Numbered from the stretch's first letter, positions 9,484 through 23,626 are shown. The stretch: DNA of 64,000 nucleotides from Spironucleus salmonicida (GCF_000497125.1 NC_090598.1:1488001-1552000); one strand, 5' to 3'. Numbers and translations are program-made. Notes: a model not told the origin generated them from the letters alone.

Positions 9484-10768
9484 GTGATGCTATTCTTGTG
9501 GTACTCGTTGTGTGAGCGTGTGGTGCATAGGGCTTCCGTGTCTAGTGGGGTGGCGTACTTCCTGCACAGTGCCATAGTGCATATATGTAATATAATAATA
9601 CTCATTCGGGCTTCCCGCAAGTATGATAGTGTATATAAATAATATAATACTAAGGACTCACGATTCCCGCAAAGTACCATACTGCCCGAGTATGGTATAA
9701 TAGTACCAAATTACGGCTCCCGCCCAAATGCCATACTTCACATATGCAACATTATAATCATAATCCTTCATGGCTCCCTTCCACTCGGCTGGTTTCCCAT
9801 GGGCGGGATGTCAAGGGGGCCTTGCCGAAGCCCTTGCCCTTGCCTTTTCCCAACGTCGGTTGGCATGCAGCGTATAATAATGTAATGTTGGTGTCCCTTC
9901 CGATATGTTAAAGTGGGAATAGGCAATATAATAAAGGGGATTTTCCCTTTCCCGCGAAGTATGATAGGGCATATATACGGTATTATAGTGAGTATTCCCG
10001 CTCCCCGCAAAGTACCATACTGGCCGAGTATGGTATAATAGTAGCAAATTACGCCTCCCGCCAAAACAGCATTCTGCACATAAATACGCGTGGGCGTATA
10101 TAAATAATACATATATGGCCTATAGCCACTATATGTGCGAGGTTCCTCTACCACCCCACACGGTATTCATATGCTCATAATGGCGAAGTGGGCCGTCGTC
10201 CACCTCGTCCCCACCAGAGGAGAGAACTCGCCCGGTTTGCCCTTGCCCTTGCCCTTCCCGGACGTCCGCAGGAGCTCGTCCGGAGGCTGGCAGTACCGCC
10301 CGGTCTCGCCCGGCGTGGCACGCACTTGCTTGGGCGGCGTGCGATGGCGCGAGATGACACCCGATGCATGGCACGGCGCGAGATCATCTTAGATGGCCTG
10401 CCTGCCGTGCCCCGCGCCCCGCGCCCATATGGGGCCTACGGGGCCGAGATATGGAGTTCCGGTGAAAATGAGTCTGCAGTTCTGCATATTGAACACGGTA
10501 AATTTAGTAGATAGATATTTGTATACATCACATATAACATACATACCTATATTCCATAAATCCCTATATGCATCTATATATACTTATACCTATATTCGCA
10601 CACCGCAACTACTTTCGTCACTATAACTATATATTATTCATATTAAAACTCGCTCCCGCCCCCGCCCCAACATATATATTTTATATAGCATATATAAGTA
10701 TGGGTTCGCGAACCGATAGCTGGTTTCATCACCAACCTCATAATGCAGGAGTGAGGGTGCTATCAACA

Positions 10769-11068
10769 ATGTCTGGAAAAGGAAAGGGAAAAGGTTTTGG
10801 AAAGGCGAAAAGACACAAATCCGAGAAGGATGCACTCACAGGCATCACCAAGCCTGCCATACGCAGGTTGGCGCGCAGAGGTGGCGTGAAGAGGATCTCG
10901 TCCACGATCTACCCCCAGACGCGCGAGGTGCTGAAGGCGTTCCTGGACGTGGTCATCAGGGACTCGCTGACCTACACTGAGCACGCGCAGCGCAAGACGG
11001 TGACGTCGCAGGACGTGGTGTACGCGCTGAAGCGCCAGGGCAAGACGCTCTACGGCTTCGGGATCTGA
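10769..11068 (+). CDS. H4: Histone H4, intact
   Basis: Same protein as 9184-9483. Confidence 0.98.
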   Translation: MSGKGKGKGFGKAKRHKSEKDALTGITKPAIRRLARRGGVKRISSTIYPQTREVLKAFLDVVIRDSLTYTEHAQRKTVTSQDVVYALKRQGKTLYGFGI

Positions 11069-12353
11069 GTGATGCTATTCTTGTGGTACTCGTTGTGTGA
11101 GCGTGTGGTGCATAGGGCTTCCGTGTCTAGTGGGGTGGCGTACTTCCTGCACAGTGCCATAGTGCATATATGTAATATAATAATACTCATTCGGGCTTCC
11201 CGCAAGTATGATAGTGTATATAAATAATATAATACTAAGGACTCACGATTCCCGCAAAGTACCATACTGCCCGAGTATGGTATAATAGTACCAAATTACG
11301 GCTCCCGCCCAAATGCCATACTTCACATATGCAACATTATAATCATAATCCTTCATGGCTCCCTTCCACTCGGCTGGTTTCCCATGGGCGGGATGTCAAG
11401 GGGGCCTTGCCGAAGCCCTTGCCCTTGCCTTTTCCCAACGTCGGTTGGCATGCAGCGTATAATAATGTAATGTTGGTGTCCCTTCCGATATGTTAAAGTG
11501 GGAATAGGCAATATAATAAAGGGGATTTTCCCTTTCCCGCGAAGTATGATAGGGCATATATACGGTATTATAGTGAGTATTCCCGCTCCCCGCAAAGTAC
11601 CATACTGGCCGAGTATGGTATAATAGTAGCAAATTACGCCTCCCGCCAAAACAGCATTCTGCACATAAATACGCGTGGGCGTATATAAATAATACATATA
11701 TGGCCTATAGCCACTATATGTGCGAGGTTCCTCTACCACCCCACACGGTATTCATATGCTCATAATGGCGAAGTGGGCCGTCGTCCACCTCGTCCCCACC
11801 AGAGGAGAGAACTCGCCCGGTTTGCCCTTGCCCTTGCCCTTCCCGGACGTCCGCAGGAGCTCGTCCGGAGGCTGGCAGTACCGCCCGGTCTCGCCCGGCG
11901 TGGCACGCACTTGCTTGGGCGGCGTGCGATGGCGCGAGATGACACCCGATGCATGGCACGGCGCGAGATCATCTTAGATGGCCTGCCTGCCGTGCCCCGC
12001 GCCCCGCGCCCATATGGGGCCTACGGGGCCGAGATATGGAGTTCCGGTGAAAATGAGTCTGCAGTTCTGCATATTGAACACGGTAAATTTAGTAGATAGA
12101 TATTTGTATACATCACATATAACATACATACCTATATTCCATAAATCCCTATATGCATCTATATATACTTATACCTATATTCGCACACCGCAACTACTTT
12201 CGTCACTATAACTATATATTATTCATATTAAAACTCGCTCCCGCCCCCGCCCCAACATATATATTTTATATAGCATATATAAGTATGGGTTCGCGAACCG
12301 ATAGCTGGTTTCATCACCAACCTCATAATGCAGGAGTGAGGGTGCTATCAACA

Positions 12354-12653
12354 ATGTCTGGAAAAGGAAAGGGAAAAGGTTTTGGAAAGGCGAAAAGACA
12401 CAAATCCGAGAAGGATGCACTCACAGGCATCACCAAGCCTGCCATACGCAGGTTGGCGCGCAGAGGTGGCGTGAAGAGGATCTCGTCCACGATCTACCCC
12501 CAGACGCGCGAGGTGCTGAAGGCGTTCCTGGACGTGGTCATCAGGGACTCGCTGACCTACACTGAGCACGCGCAGCGCAAGACGGTGACGTCGCAGGACG
12601 TGGTGTACGCGCTGAAGCGCCAGGGCAAGACGCTCTACGGCTTCGGGATCTGA
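12354..12653 (+). CDS. H4: Histone H4, intact
   Basis: Same protein as 9184-9483. Confidence 0.98.
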   Translation: MSGKGKGKGFGKAKRHKSEKDALTGITKPAIRRLARRGGVKRISSTIYPQTREVLKAFLDVVIRDSLTYTEHAQRKTVTSQDVVYALKRQGKTLYGFGI

Positions 12654-13938
12654 GTGATGCTATTCTTGTGGTACTCGTTGTGTGAGCGTGTGGTGCATAG
12701 GGCTTCCGTGTCTAGTGGGGTGGCGTACTTCCTGCACAGTGCCATAGTGCATATATGTAATATAATAATACTCATTCGGGCTTCCCGCAAGTATGATAGT
12801 GTATATAAATAATATAATACTAAGGACTCACGATTCCCGCAAAGTACCATACTGCCCGAGTATGGTATAATAGTACCAAATTACGGCTCCCGCCCAAATG
12901 CCATACTTCACATATGCAACATTATAATCATAATCCTTCATGGCTCCCTTCCACTCGGCTGGTTTCCCATGGGCGGGATGTCAAGGGGGCCTTGCCGAAG
13001 CCCTTGCCCTTGCCTTTTCCCAACGTCGGTTGGCATGCAGCGTATAATAATGTAATGTTGGTGTCCCTTCCGATATGTTAAAGTGGGAATAGGCAATATA
13101 ATAAAGGGGATTTTCCCTTTCCCGCGAAGTATGATAGGGCATATATACGGTATTATAGTGAGTATTCCCGCTCCCCGCAAAGTACCATACTGGCCGAGTA
13201 TGGTATAATAGTAGCAAATTACGCCTCCCGCCAAAACAGCATTCTGCACATAAATACGCGTGGGCGTATATAAATAATACATATATGGCCTATAGCCACT
13301 ATATGTGCGAGGTTCCTCTACCACCCCACACGGTATTCATATGCTCATAATGGCGAAGTGGGCCGTCGTCCACCTCGTCCCCACCAGAGGAGAGAACTCG
13401 CCCGGTTTGCCCTTGCCCTTGCCCTTCCCGGACGTCCGCAGGAGCTCGTCCGGAGGCTGGCAGTACCGCCCGGTCTCGCCCGGCGTGGCACGCACTTGCT
13501 TGGGCGGCGTGCGATGGCGCGAGATGACACCCGATGCATGGCACGGCGCGAGATCATCTTAGATGGCCTGCCTGCCGTGCCCCGCGCCCCGCGCCCATAT
13601 GGGGCCTACGGGGCCGAGATATGGAGTTCCGGTGAAAATGAGTCTGCAGTTCTGCATATTGAACACGGTAAATTTAGTAGATAGATATTTGTATACATCA
13701 CATATAACATACATACCTATATTCCATAAATCCCTATATGCATCTATATATACTTATACCTATATTCGCACACCGCAACTACTTTCGTCACTATAACTAT
13801 ATATTATTCATATTAAAACTCGCTCCCGCCCCCGCCCCAACATATATATTTTATATAGCATATATAAGTATGGGTTCGCGAACCGATAGCTGGTTTCATC
13901 ACCAACCTCATAATGCAGGAGTGAGGGTGCTATCAACA

Positions 13939-14238
13939 ATGTCTGGAAAAGGAAAGGGAAAAGGTTTTGGAAAGGCGAAAAGACACAAATCCGAGAAGGA
14001 TGCACTCACAGGCATCACCAAGCCTGCCATACGCAGGTTGGCGCGCAGAGGTGGCGTGAAGAGGATCTCGTCCACGATCTACCCCCAGACGCGCGAGGTG
14101 CTGAAGGCGTTCCTGGACGTGGTCATCAGGGACTCGCTGACCTACACTGAGCACGCGCAGCGCAAGACGGTGACGTCGCAGGACGTGGTGTACGCGCTGA
14201 AGCGCCAGGGCAAGACGCTCTACGGCTTCGGGATCTGA
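13939..14238 (+). CDS. H4: Histone H4, intact
   Basis: Same protein as 9184-9483. Confidence 0.98.
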   Translation: MSGKGKGKGFGKAKRHKSEKDALTGITKPAIRRLARRGGVKRISSTIYPQTREVLKAFLDVVIRDSLTYTEHAQRKTVTSQDVVYALKRQGKTLYGFGI

Positions 14239-15523
14239 GTGATGCTATTCTTGTGGTACTCGTTGTGTGAGCGTGTGGTGCATAGGGCTTCCGTGTCTAG
14301 TGGGGTGGCGTACTTCCTGCACAGTGCCATAGTGCATATATGTAATATAATAATACTCATTCGGGCTTCCCGCAAGTATGATAGTGTATATAAATAATAT
14401 AATACTAAGGACTCACGATTCCCGCAAAGTACCATACTGCCCGAGTATGGTATAATAGTACCAAATTACGGCTCCCGCCCAAATGCCATACTTCACATAT
14501 GCAACATTATAATCATAATCCTTCATGGCTCCCTTCCACTCGGCTGGTTTCCCATGGGCGGGATGTCAAGGGGGCCTTGCCGAAGCCCTTGCCCTTGCCT
14601 TTTCCCAACGTCGGTTGGCATGCAGCGTATAATAATGTAATGTTGGTGTCCCTTCCGATATGTTAAAGTGGGAATAGGCAATATAATAAAGGGGATTTTC
14701 CCTTTCCCGCGAAGTATGATAGGGCATATATACGGTATTATAGTGAGTATTCCCGCTCCCCGCAAAGTACCATACTGGCCGAGTATGGTATAATAGTAGC
14801 AAATTACGCCTCCCGCCAAAACAGCATTCTGCACATAAATACGCGTGGGCGTATATAAATAATACATATATGGCCTATAGCCACTATATGTGCGAGGTTC
14901 CTCTACCACCCCACACGGTATTCATATGCTCATAATGGCGAAGTGGGCCGTCGTCCACCTCGTCCCCACCAGAGGAGAGAACTCGCCCGGTTTGCCCTTG
15001 CCCTTGCCCTTCCCGGACGTCCGCAGGAGCTCGTCCGGAGGCTGGCAGTACCGCCCGGTCTCGCCCGGCGTGGCACGCACTTGCTTGGGCGGCGTGCGAT
15101 GGCGCGAGATGACACCCGATGCATGGCACGGCGCGAGATCATCTTAGATGGCCTGCCTGCCGTGCCCCGCGCCCCGCGCCCATATGGGGCCTACGGGGCC
15201 GAGATATGGAGTTCCGGTGAAAATGAGTCTGCAGTTCTGCATATTGAACACGGTAAATTTAGTAGATAGATATTTGTATACATCACATATAACATACATA
15301 CCTATATTCCATAAATCCCTATATGCATCTATATATACTTATACCTATATTCGCACACCGCAACCACTTTCGTCACTATAACTATATATTATTCATATTA
15401 AAACTCGCTCCCGCCCCCGCCCCAACATATATATTTTATATAGCATATATAAGTATGGGTTCGCGAACCGATAGCTGGTTTCATCACCAACCTCATAATG
15501 CAGGAGTGAGGGTGCTATCAACA

Positions 15524-15823
15524 ATGTCTGGAAAAGGAAAGGGAAAAGGTTTTGGAAAGGCGAAAAGACACAAATCCGAGAAGGATGCACTCACAGGCAT
15601 CACCAAGCCTGCCATACGCAGGTTGGCGCGCAGAGGTGGCGTGAAGAGGATCTCGTCCACGATCTACCCCCAGACGCGCGAGGTGCTGAAGGCGTTCCTG
15701 GACGTGGTCATCAGGGACTCGCTGACCTACACTGAGCACGCGCAGCGCAAGACGGTGACGTCGCAGGACGTGGTGTACGCGCTGAAGCGCCAGGGCAAGA
15801 CGCTCTACGGCTTCGGGATCTGA
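15524..15823 (+). CDS. H4: Histone H4, intact (last in array)
   Basis: Same protein as 9184-9483. Confidence 0.98.
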   Translation: MSGKGKGKGFGKAKRHKSEKDALTGITKPAIRRLARRGGVKRISSTIYPQTREVLKAFLDVVIRDSLTYTEHAQRKTVTSQDVVYALKRQGKTLYGFGI

Positions 15824-17229
15824 GTGATGCTATTCTTGTGGTACTCGTTGTGTGAGCGTGTGGTGCATAGGGCTTCCGTGTCTAGTGGGGTGGCGTACTT
15901 CCTGCACAGTGCCATAGTGCATATATGTAATATAATAATACTCATTCGGGCTTCCCGCAAGTATGATAGTGTATATAAATAATATAATACTAAGGACTCA
16001 CGATTCCCGCAAAGTACCATACTGCCCGAGTATGGTATAATAGTACCAAATTACGGCTCCCGCCCAAATGCCATACTTCACATATGCAACATTATAATCA
16101 TAATCCTTCATGGCTCCCTTCCACTCGGCTGGTTTCCCATGGGCGGGATGTCAAGGGGGCCTTGCCGAAGCCCTTGCCCTTGCCTTTTCCCAACGTCGGT
16201 TGGCATGCAGCGTATAATAATGTAATGTTGGTGTCCCTTCCGATATGTTAAAGTGGGAATAGGCAATATAATAAAGGGGATTTGCCCTTTCCCGCGAAGT
16301 ATGATAGGGCATATATACGGTATTATAGTGAGTATTCCCGCTCCCCGCAAAGTACCATACTGCCCGAGTATGGTATAATAGTAGCAAATTACGCCTCCCG
16401 CCAAAACAGCATTCTGCACATAAATACGCGTGGGCGTATATAAATAATACATATATGGCCTATAGCCACTATATGTGCGAGGTTCCTCTACCACCCCACA
16501 CGGTATTCATATGCTCATAATGGCGAAGTGGGCCGTCGTCCACCTCGTCCCCACCAGAGGAGAGAACTCGCCCGGTTTGCCCTTGCCCTTGCCCTTCCCG
16601 GACGTCCGCAGGAGCTCGTCCGGAGGCTGGCAGTACCGCCCGGTCTCGCCCGGCGTGGCACGCACTTGCTTGGGCGGCGTGCGATGGCGCGAGATCACCT
16701 TAGATGGTCTGCCTCCCCACACCTCACCATGCTGCCACCCCACCACACATCGCACACCCAAAGCGATGACATAACCAAAGTATATCCGACATATCCCGTA
16801 ACTCCATATTATTATCCACACCTCTATACATACTGCATGGTAAATTATATCGCTCATTCCATCATATGCAAGACGAATCATCCATTTCCCATATATTTAG
16901 TCAAGTCCGAATTAAAAATATGAATATTATATAAAATATATTTAACTTTCATCTAAAAATATAATAATATTATTGAATATTTAACATAATAATGCTATTA
17001 AATAAAAATATAGTTGTTATTCTTCTGGATGTAATTTAATAATGGTGAGTATTCTAATTTGAGATTATACAGCTTAAAATGTATAACCTAGTTTAAAATC
17101 AAGTTTTATTGTAGTGAATATTAAATTTATTAGGTACCCTTTATTTGCTATTTGATAAAAGTAAACTTTATTTAAGCCACATAAACTATTATTATTTGTT
17201 TATATTATATTATATATAAAATTAGAAAA

Positions 17230-17682
17230 ATGATAAGTTTCTAGTTATCACCTTTTGATCATAAGCAGTTATTAGATAATACAATTAATTCTCATAATAA
17301 AATAACAACTCTCTAGTTTTTATTATTATAACAGCCTGCCTAATAAAAATCGATTTAGTAATAAATTACTCTTCTTACATAAGAGATCCAGACTAGTTTA
17401 TAATATTTGAAATCATCATAAATACATTAAATTTAAGTATTTTTGTTAATGTTAAAGTAATAACTTTTTGAGATTTTTGATTCTGATAAAGTAGATTTTC
17501 GGTCGATTTTTTCATCTGTATCAAAAGACTTCAATGATAATTCATGTATTCTGCGTGAATATATGAGAGACGCTTATTTTAGTTATAATGAGGATTTAGC
17601 GTAGGTTTATGGCGAAATAATAGATAGTTTAGAATAAAATTTTCGCGAGATTTGCGAAATAGTTCATTAAATTGATAAGTGA
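17230..17682 (+). CDS. Hypothetical protein (~150 aa)
   Basis: ATG after an AT-rich tract; open with TAA/TAG=Gln; ends AAG-TGA (AGTGA). Confidence 0.55.
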
Positions 17683-18012
17683 AATATTTTTAGTATATTA
17701 CTGATCTTAAAAAAAGAATAATCATATTTATTAAATATTAATGATACTCATTGTCTAGTTTATCATTCATTTATATATTAATCAACAGAGAGAGTTTATC
17801 ATATAGCACGATCCTATAAAATTTTATAATTTACTCATATTACAAAACACGTAAACGATTGAAGCATTTTTATTTTTACACAGCAATTTTTATAAAAGTT
17901 ATGCTATAATTTATTATTTTCTTTAAAATATTATCTCCACTTTAAATGCTTGTAACTATGAGTAGATGATTAATATTAAAATTAATAATTCTAAAATAAT
18001 CATGAAAATTAA

Positions 18013-18711
18013 TCATTCTTTATAGGTTCTGAGATCATCACCAAGTTCTTAAGCAGCCCAAAGATCAGGGGTAAGGAAAGTGTAAGATTTCTTTAAGGCG
18101 TTGAACATAGCACCAACTGAATTCATAAGAGTTCTGGTGTGACCGAACTGACGAGAGAATACGTCTTCAATACCTGCAAGAGCAATGAGTTCTTTGACTT
18201 TAGGAGCAGAAACGATGCCAGTACCACGAGGTGCAGGAATGAGTCTGAAAGTAACAGAACCGCACTTACCAGAAACCTTCTGGGAGATGGTATGAGGATT
18301 ACCCATCTTAGAACCCCAATATCCACGTCTGATGGGTATAAGGTTGAGCTTTGCATTAACTACAGCCTTCTTGACAGCCACAGCCACTTCCTTAGAAACA
18401 CCAGAACCATAACCGATATGACCATTACGATCACCAACAATTACAGTGGCATGGAAACGAGTACGCTGGCCAGCAGAGGTCTATTTCTAAACAGAACGAA
18501 CCTTCACTACTTTTTCTTCAAGAGTGATGAAGTTGTCAATGATTTAAGCTTCTTTGCAAGGGAGGGAGTATTTAAATACTTCAGCTAAAGAAGTTACTAC
18601 ACCAGACTTAACTAAACGACCAAGTTTAGTAGTAGGGTTCCAAATTTCTTCAGGCTTAGCTCTGGGAGCACCTCTTTCACCACGCTGTTCTTACGTTCTT
18701 TCCGTAGACAT
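18013..18711 (-). CDS. RPS2: 40S ribosomal protein S2 (uS5), 232 aa
   Basis: WNPTTKLGRLVK, VQKQTSAGQRTRF (the two Gln of VQKQ encoded by TAG), IPIRRGYWG, GKCGSV, LIPAPRGTGIV, FLTPDLW. Confidence 0.97.
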
Positions 18712-18844
18712 TAGCAGGGAGTGGTAATACAGAAATTGAATTTAATTAAATAATAATTAATATTATATAATAATGATAAACCTGAAACTAATTGATCTGC
18801 ATTCTATATATTATATCGAATTATCTATTATATATAAATTCAGA

Positions 18845-20092
18845 ATGTCAAAAATAACCTAGCTATTTTTTTCTAACAAATACTAGCTAGCTATTGACGA
18901 AATTGATCTGGAGTTGAAATAAGGTGCAAATAACTATTTATTGCATATGTAGGGTCTGTGCTTGCGGGCATTGGGTAGAATATCAGATTCATTATTTTCA
19001 TTTTAGCAGGCCCTAGATTTCGATAAATTCAATTATAAAACGCACATTGAAACGCTCAAAGCACTACTTTTAACTGCTGATTATCCGCTTTGTCTAGAGT
19101 CGGTGGAGATGTCAATCGCATTTTTCGAGTCTCAAAATCTCAAATCGCAACTTTGGTATTTATATCAGATTAGAGGTTTTTGCATGCTGCGTATGGGCAC
19201 ACCGGTGGAGTCCCTGGACCCCTTATTTCGTGCATATGAGCTGAATCCCAACTTCCAAACGAAGTTCACAATCGGTCGCGTTCAGGCCCAATTGGAGCAG
19301 TACCCGGACGCCATTGAAACGCTATCAGACATCCTACAATTTGCACCAGCGCACGTAGATGTCCTTTTAGATCTTGCAAATTTGTACTTCTCGTAGAACG
19401 ATTTCGACTCGGCGTTTGACTGCTTTTCAAGGGCCACAATTGCGTCCCAGAGGACTCATTAGAACCGTCCAGAGCCTTATTTTGGCGTTGCATTTTTGTT
19501 GCAGGAAGAAGAGCCGAAAGCCGCCCTGGAGAAGTACCAGCAGGCTGGAGCGTGCTATTCGAACTTCAACGACGCGCATTCCTGGGCGAATCTGGCAGCA
19601 TTATTTGTGGAGCTTAAAAAGCTGCCTGTCAGCTTGACTTGCGCAAGGCGTGCGTTTTCACTGAGTTAAGATAGTTAGATTAGGCAGACTTTAGGATAAA
19701 TCTACATTATCATGAAAGATTACGTCAGAGCGTTTCATATTTTGTCATATTTTGCTAGTTCTAGCGAGCCTGAGCCCAAATGGTTGTTGGGAATTACAGC
19801 GTATGAATTAGGGGAGGAAAAAATTGCGTTTAGTCAGCTTGAAAAAGCAGCAGAAGTAATTTTTGGTGCAGGTGTTTGTGGTCTCCGTTATAGTATTAAA
19901 AGCAATGATATCGATAGAGCAAAGCGATTTGTTAAGTTAATTAAAGGCTGCGACTGTGAGGATAAAGAAGAAAAGAGAGTAGCTAAAATACTAATTTAGT
20001 TATTAAAAGAAAAGCTCAAAGGTGAGGAGGAAGATGGTGGCGACATTGAAGGTGGAGTTTAAGCGGAAGATGAGTAGAACTAATAAGAGTGA
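18845..20092 (+). CDS. BBS4: TPR protein, BBS4-like (415 aa)
   Basis: Single frame joining track ORFs 19103 and 19712; TPR helices. GLCLRALGRISDSLFSFQQA and DYVRAFHILS resemble BBS4 by recall. Confidence 0.6.
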
Positions 20093-21374
20093 TAATTATT
20101 TTATTATGCAAGTTATTTAGCAATAATACTGTATATCCAAACTTATTCCATTTTCAAAAATACCTCATGAATCAATTCATTTTGCTTTTTAATTAAGCAT
20201 AAGTGAAAGCTAAATTTTTAAGTAATTTTTGTAAACTACATATTTAATAATCATTTTTGAGTTTTCAGTTAAAAAGGACTTCTTTGATAAATTTATAATC
20301 CACAGCGTATATTACGACATTTATTTACTTATATTATATAATATATTTTTTTTATAAATGCGGAGTAAATCAGTAAAAATATTAAGTATATCAAATAAAA
20401 AATATGGTTACTTCAAATAAATGTCATATGTCTTCGTCTATTTGAAAAATACAATTATATGGTTATCTATGTCTTTTGCAAGTACTGCCGTATAATTTAG
20501 ATATGAATTGCATTTTAAAAACTATTTAAAGTGTATTACAATTTTTAATAATAAATTACGAGAATATATTTTTGATAAACTAAATTTTAAAAATTTTTTA
20601 AGTTAAAATTAAATGTTTATATAATAATAAAAATAAAAGTATAACTTAATTATATAGTTATGTTTAAACTATATAACTATTTAATAGTTTAGAGATGTAT
20701 GAGTAAAATAGTATACATTTCTTATGTTTTAATAACTATGTATTACCTTTGATATCAAATAGTAATATTTTATATATGTAGTATAACCATTATATATCAT
20801 GGGGTTAATATATTATTGTTTCTATTGATCTTCAGTTTCTTGTTATGTTCATCATAAAGTAACTAAAAACGGATACTATTATAAAGCAAATTTTAATGCA
20901 CTATTAACTAAACTACAGTAAAATTTCAATACATATGTGAGATAAACTATAATAAATAGACCAGCTGACGAAACAATTTTTTCTTATGGGTGATTTATAT
21001 CTTTCATGTTAATAAATATTATTATAATTTTTAATAATAAATAGTTATATTAGGAAATTAAGTTTAAATAAGCAGAAATTAATGAATCAATCATAAATAT
21101 AAAGAGAATATATATAATTAATTATTTTAGTCGACTAATCAATTGCATAAAAAAGCGAAATATTTAAAATATTTATTTTTATACATAGTAGTAATGTTGT
21201 ATATTTTAATTATTTCATCTTTATTAATTCAATAAAATAAATAGTTTAACCAAAGTTAACCAATATATTTAATTATTTTCTATTATATAATATAGATAAA
21301 TAATAACTCAATCAAAATACATTTAGATAATTAATAAATAAGATTATATGATATGAAATAACATATTAGTTAAA

Positions 21375-22055
21375 ATGTCCTTTAACTTTTTTTCCTTTGA
21401 AGGATCTTCAGATCATGAATTTGATCTTGATGGTTAAGATACATAGAAAATAAATCGTTAAGAAGGCTAAAAAGAGAAAGAGATGAATCTATTAAACTTT
21501 TCTTTAACAGCACCAAGTATTACTAATTCAGTATTTGGTTCTTTTGCACCATCTGTCACTCTTAACCGAAGTGGAAATTTGAATATATTTTCGCCTGATT
21601 TTTCAGCTCCTAGCATAGGATCTGGAACACCAGGATTACGTTCAAATAACCCTTCTACTACTTCATTAGTAGAGTATTCTAGAAAAAATCAAGCTCCAAA
21701 ATGGACACAAGTTGAAGATAATATGCTAATAATATTAGTTGATTAACATGGTCCTAAAAAGTGGAAATGGATTGCTGAAGAAATTTCTGTTCGTACTCAT
21801 TCTTAATTACGCTAACCAGATGCTGTTTCGTAAAGATGGTCAAGAGTAGTAAATCCAGGAATTAATAAAGATAAATGGTCATTGGACGAAGATAATGCTC
21901 TTATTAGAGCTGTTAAGGCGTCAGGCCCTAGATAATGGAAAGAAATAGCAGAAAGACTTCCTGGTAGAACAGATATCTAGGTGAGATATCGACTTATTAA
22001 AATGAGATAAGAGCTATTACATAATAGTGTTTTAGGTGAAGATTATTTACCGTGA
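21375..22055 (+). CDS. R2R3-type Myb DNA-binding protein (226 aa)
   Basis: KWTQVEDNML..HGPKKWKWIA..QRWSRVVNPGINKDKWSLDEDNALI..GPRQWKEIAERLPGRTDIQVRYR. Confidence 0.92.
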
Positions 22056-22060
22056 GAGTT

Positions 22061-23428
22061 TCAATCACTATATGGTATGTAATTTTATTTTATTATCTAC
22101 ACATCAGAAGATTAATAAAATTCCTCTATATCCGGATTTTTATCTTCATTGGTTTTTACTAATTTAGTATTTGCCATAAGTTATTAACTTCTATGCACTA
22201 TATCAATAAAGCTGAATTTTTAAGGCATACCACCTCCATTACAACATCCTGTATTGCAAATCAAACACTCAACAAAATCTGGTGATAATTTACCATTTTT
22301 TATCATCTAAAATACATCTAATACTGCTTTGGCACCATTTGCAATAACAAATGTAAAGAAAAAATTACCAGATGTAAATGATAGTAATTTTATAGATTAA
22401 TTAAATCTATCATATTTCTATAAAGAAGATATATTGATTTAACTCATATCAAAACTTTCAGAGTATGATGAAAATATTTACCGAGCCAACAATTCAGTAT
22501 AATATCCTGGTACCTAAAATTATTTAGCAAATTTTGATATACTGTTAAAATTTTGTGTAAATTAATCATTGATATCTTTGGTGTTCACAAAATTATTTTA
22601 GTCCATAAATTCGAGAAGTTCTACAGTAGAAATAACCAAATCAACATCTTTACTTATATCTTTACGAAATTTAAATTCTTTTTCAACTAAACATGGTGTG
22701 AAATGAACAATAAAAAATTTATCAGGATCCATTTACATTTTTTATGAATATACATGCTTAATATAACTACTTAGTGCATTATACTGATTCTTAACAGTAC
22801 TTAAATTAGTTAAATACTAAGGAAATTATTTCTCAATAAGCTGGCAAACTCCACTACATTAACTACCTATAATAAATTTTTATGCTTTTTTTGCAGCGAT
22901 GACCATATTAACTTCTTCTTTAATAACTAAATCTACACCATAACTCGCGTCAAAAAATAGTTCGAAATTATGTTATTTTAAAAAAGTGATTAAATGGGAA
23001 AATATGAATTTTTCACCAAATTTTTCTTGAACTGCGATTAATACTGCGGGTGATAGTATTGCTATATTGATTTTAGTTTTATCTAGCTTTAAAATACTTT
23101 GATTGATACTTATAGCCTAAGTTGGACAAGCTATAACACATTGTCCACATGAAATACAATCAGAAGTATTAAGTGAAATTCTCATTTATTTTTTTTAGTT
23201 TCTAGTCTCTTATACTAGCGGGAATGAATTATCACAGGTTTTTAAAATTGAAAATTCACATAAGTCAACACAATTTTAGCATGAAATACATTTGTTAAAA
23301 TTAATCTATAAGGCGGGAGTTTGATAGGTTGGATTTTATAGCATATCAATATAGATAGGTTTTGGGTGTCTAATTATTTCTCGCTTTGGTGGTTAACTTA
23401 GATGAACTTCTGGAGATCCACATCCCAT
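22061..23428 (-). CDS. FeFe-hydrogenase-like/Nar1-like Fe-S protein (455 aa) with degenerate H-cluster motifs
   Basis: Ferredoxin motifs CISCQNCVDLC and CISCGQCVIACP; L1 GSQCSGV, L2 TPCLVEKE, L3 ECLICNTGCCNGGGMP; starts MGCG. Confidence 0.8.
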
Positions 23429-23626
23429 TCTTAATTATATTTACTATATATAATATAATTAAGTCCATATAATACATATACATTATTATATATTTTCTGA
23501 TAAAATAAGAAATATTCAATAAATAGAATATTACCATAAAATTTTAATATATTTAATTATTACTAATTCATTTGATAATATAATTTTTATACCTTATACA
23601 GACTATTTTTTTGTTTGTAGGTCAAA

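Larger units (their letters stand above)
1..16714 (+). repeat. Tandem array of histone H4 genes, 1585-bp unit (5218 bp for the unit carrying element copy 2)
   Basis: Identical ORF-track peptides recur every 1585 bp from 7.6 to 16.7 kb. The array degenerates at ~16691-16714 into AT-rich unique DNA. Confidence 0.97.

Noticed and set aside
7646-16714. CRISPR array or pure assembly artefact
   Set aside because: The units are 1585-bp genes with no variable spacers. Unit-specific SNPs and a degenerate edge argue for a real array, though exact copy number needs reads.
18123-18588. Track ORFs overlapping RPS2 (18123-18356, 18139-18588)
   Set aside because: Alternative-frame or antisense shadows of RPS2.
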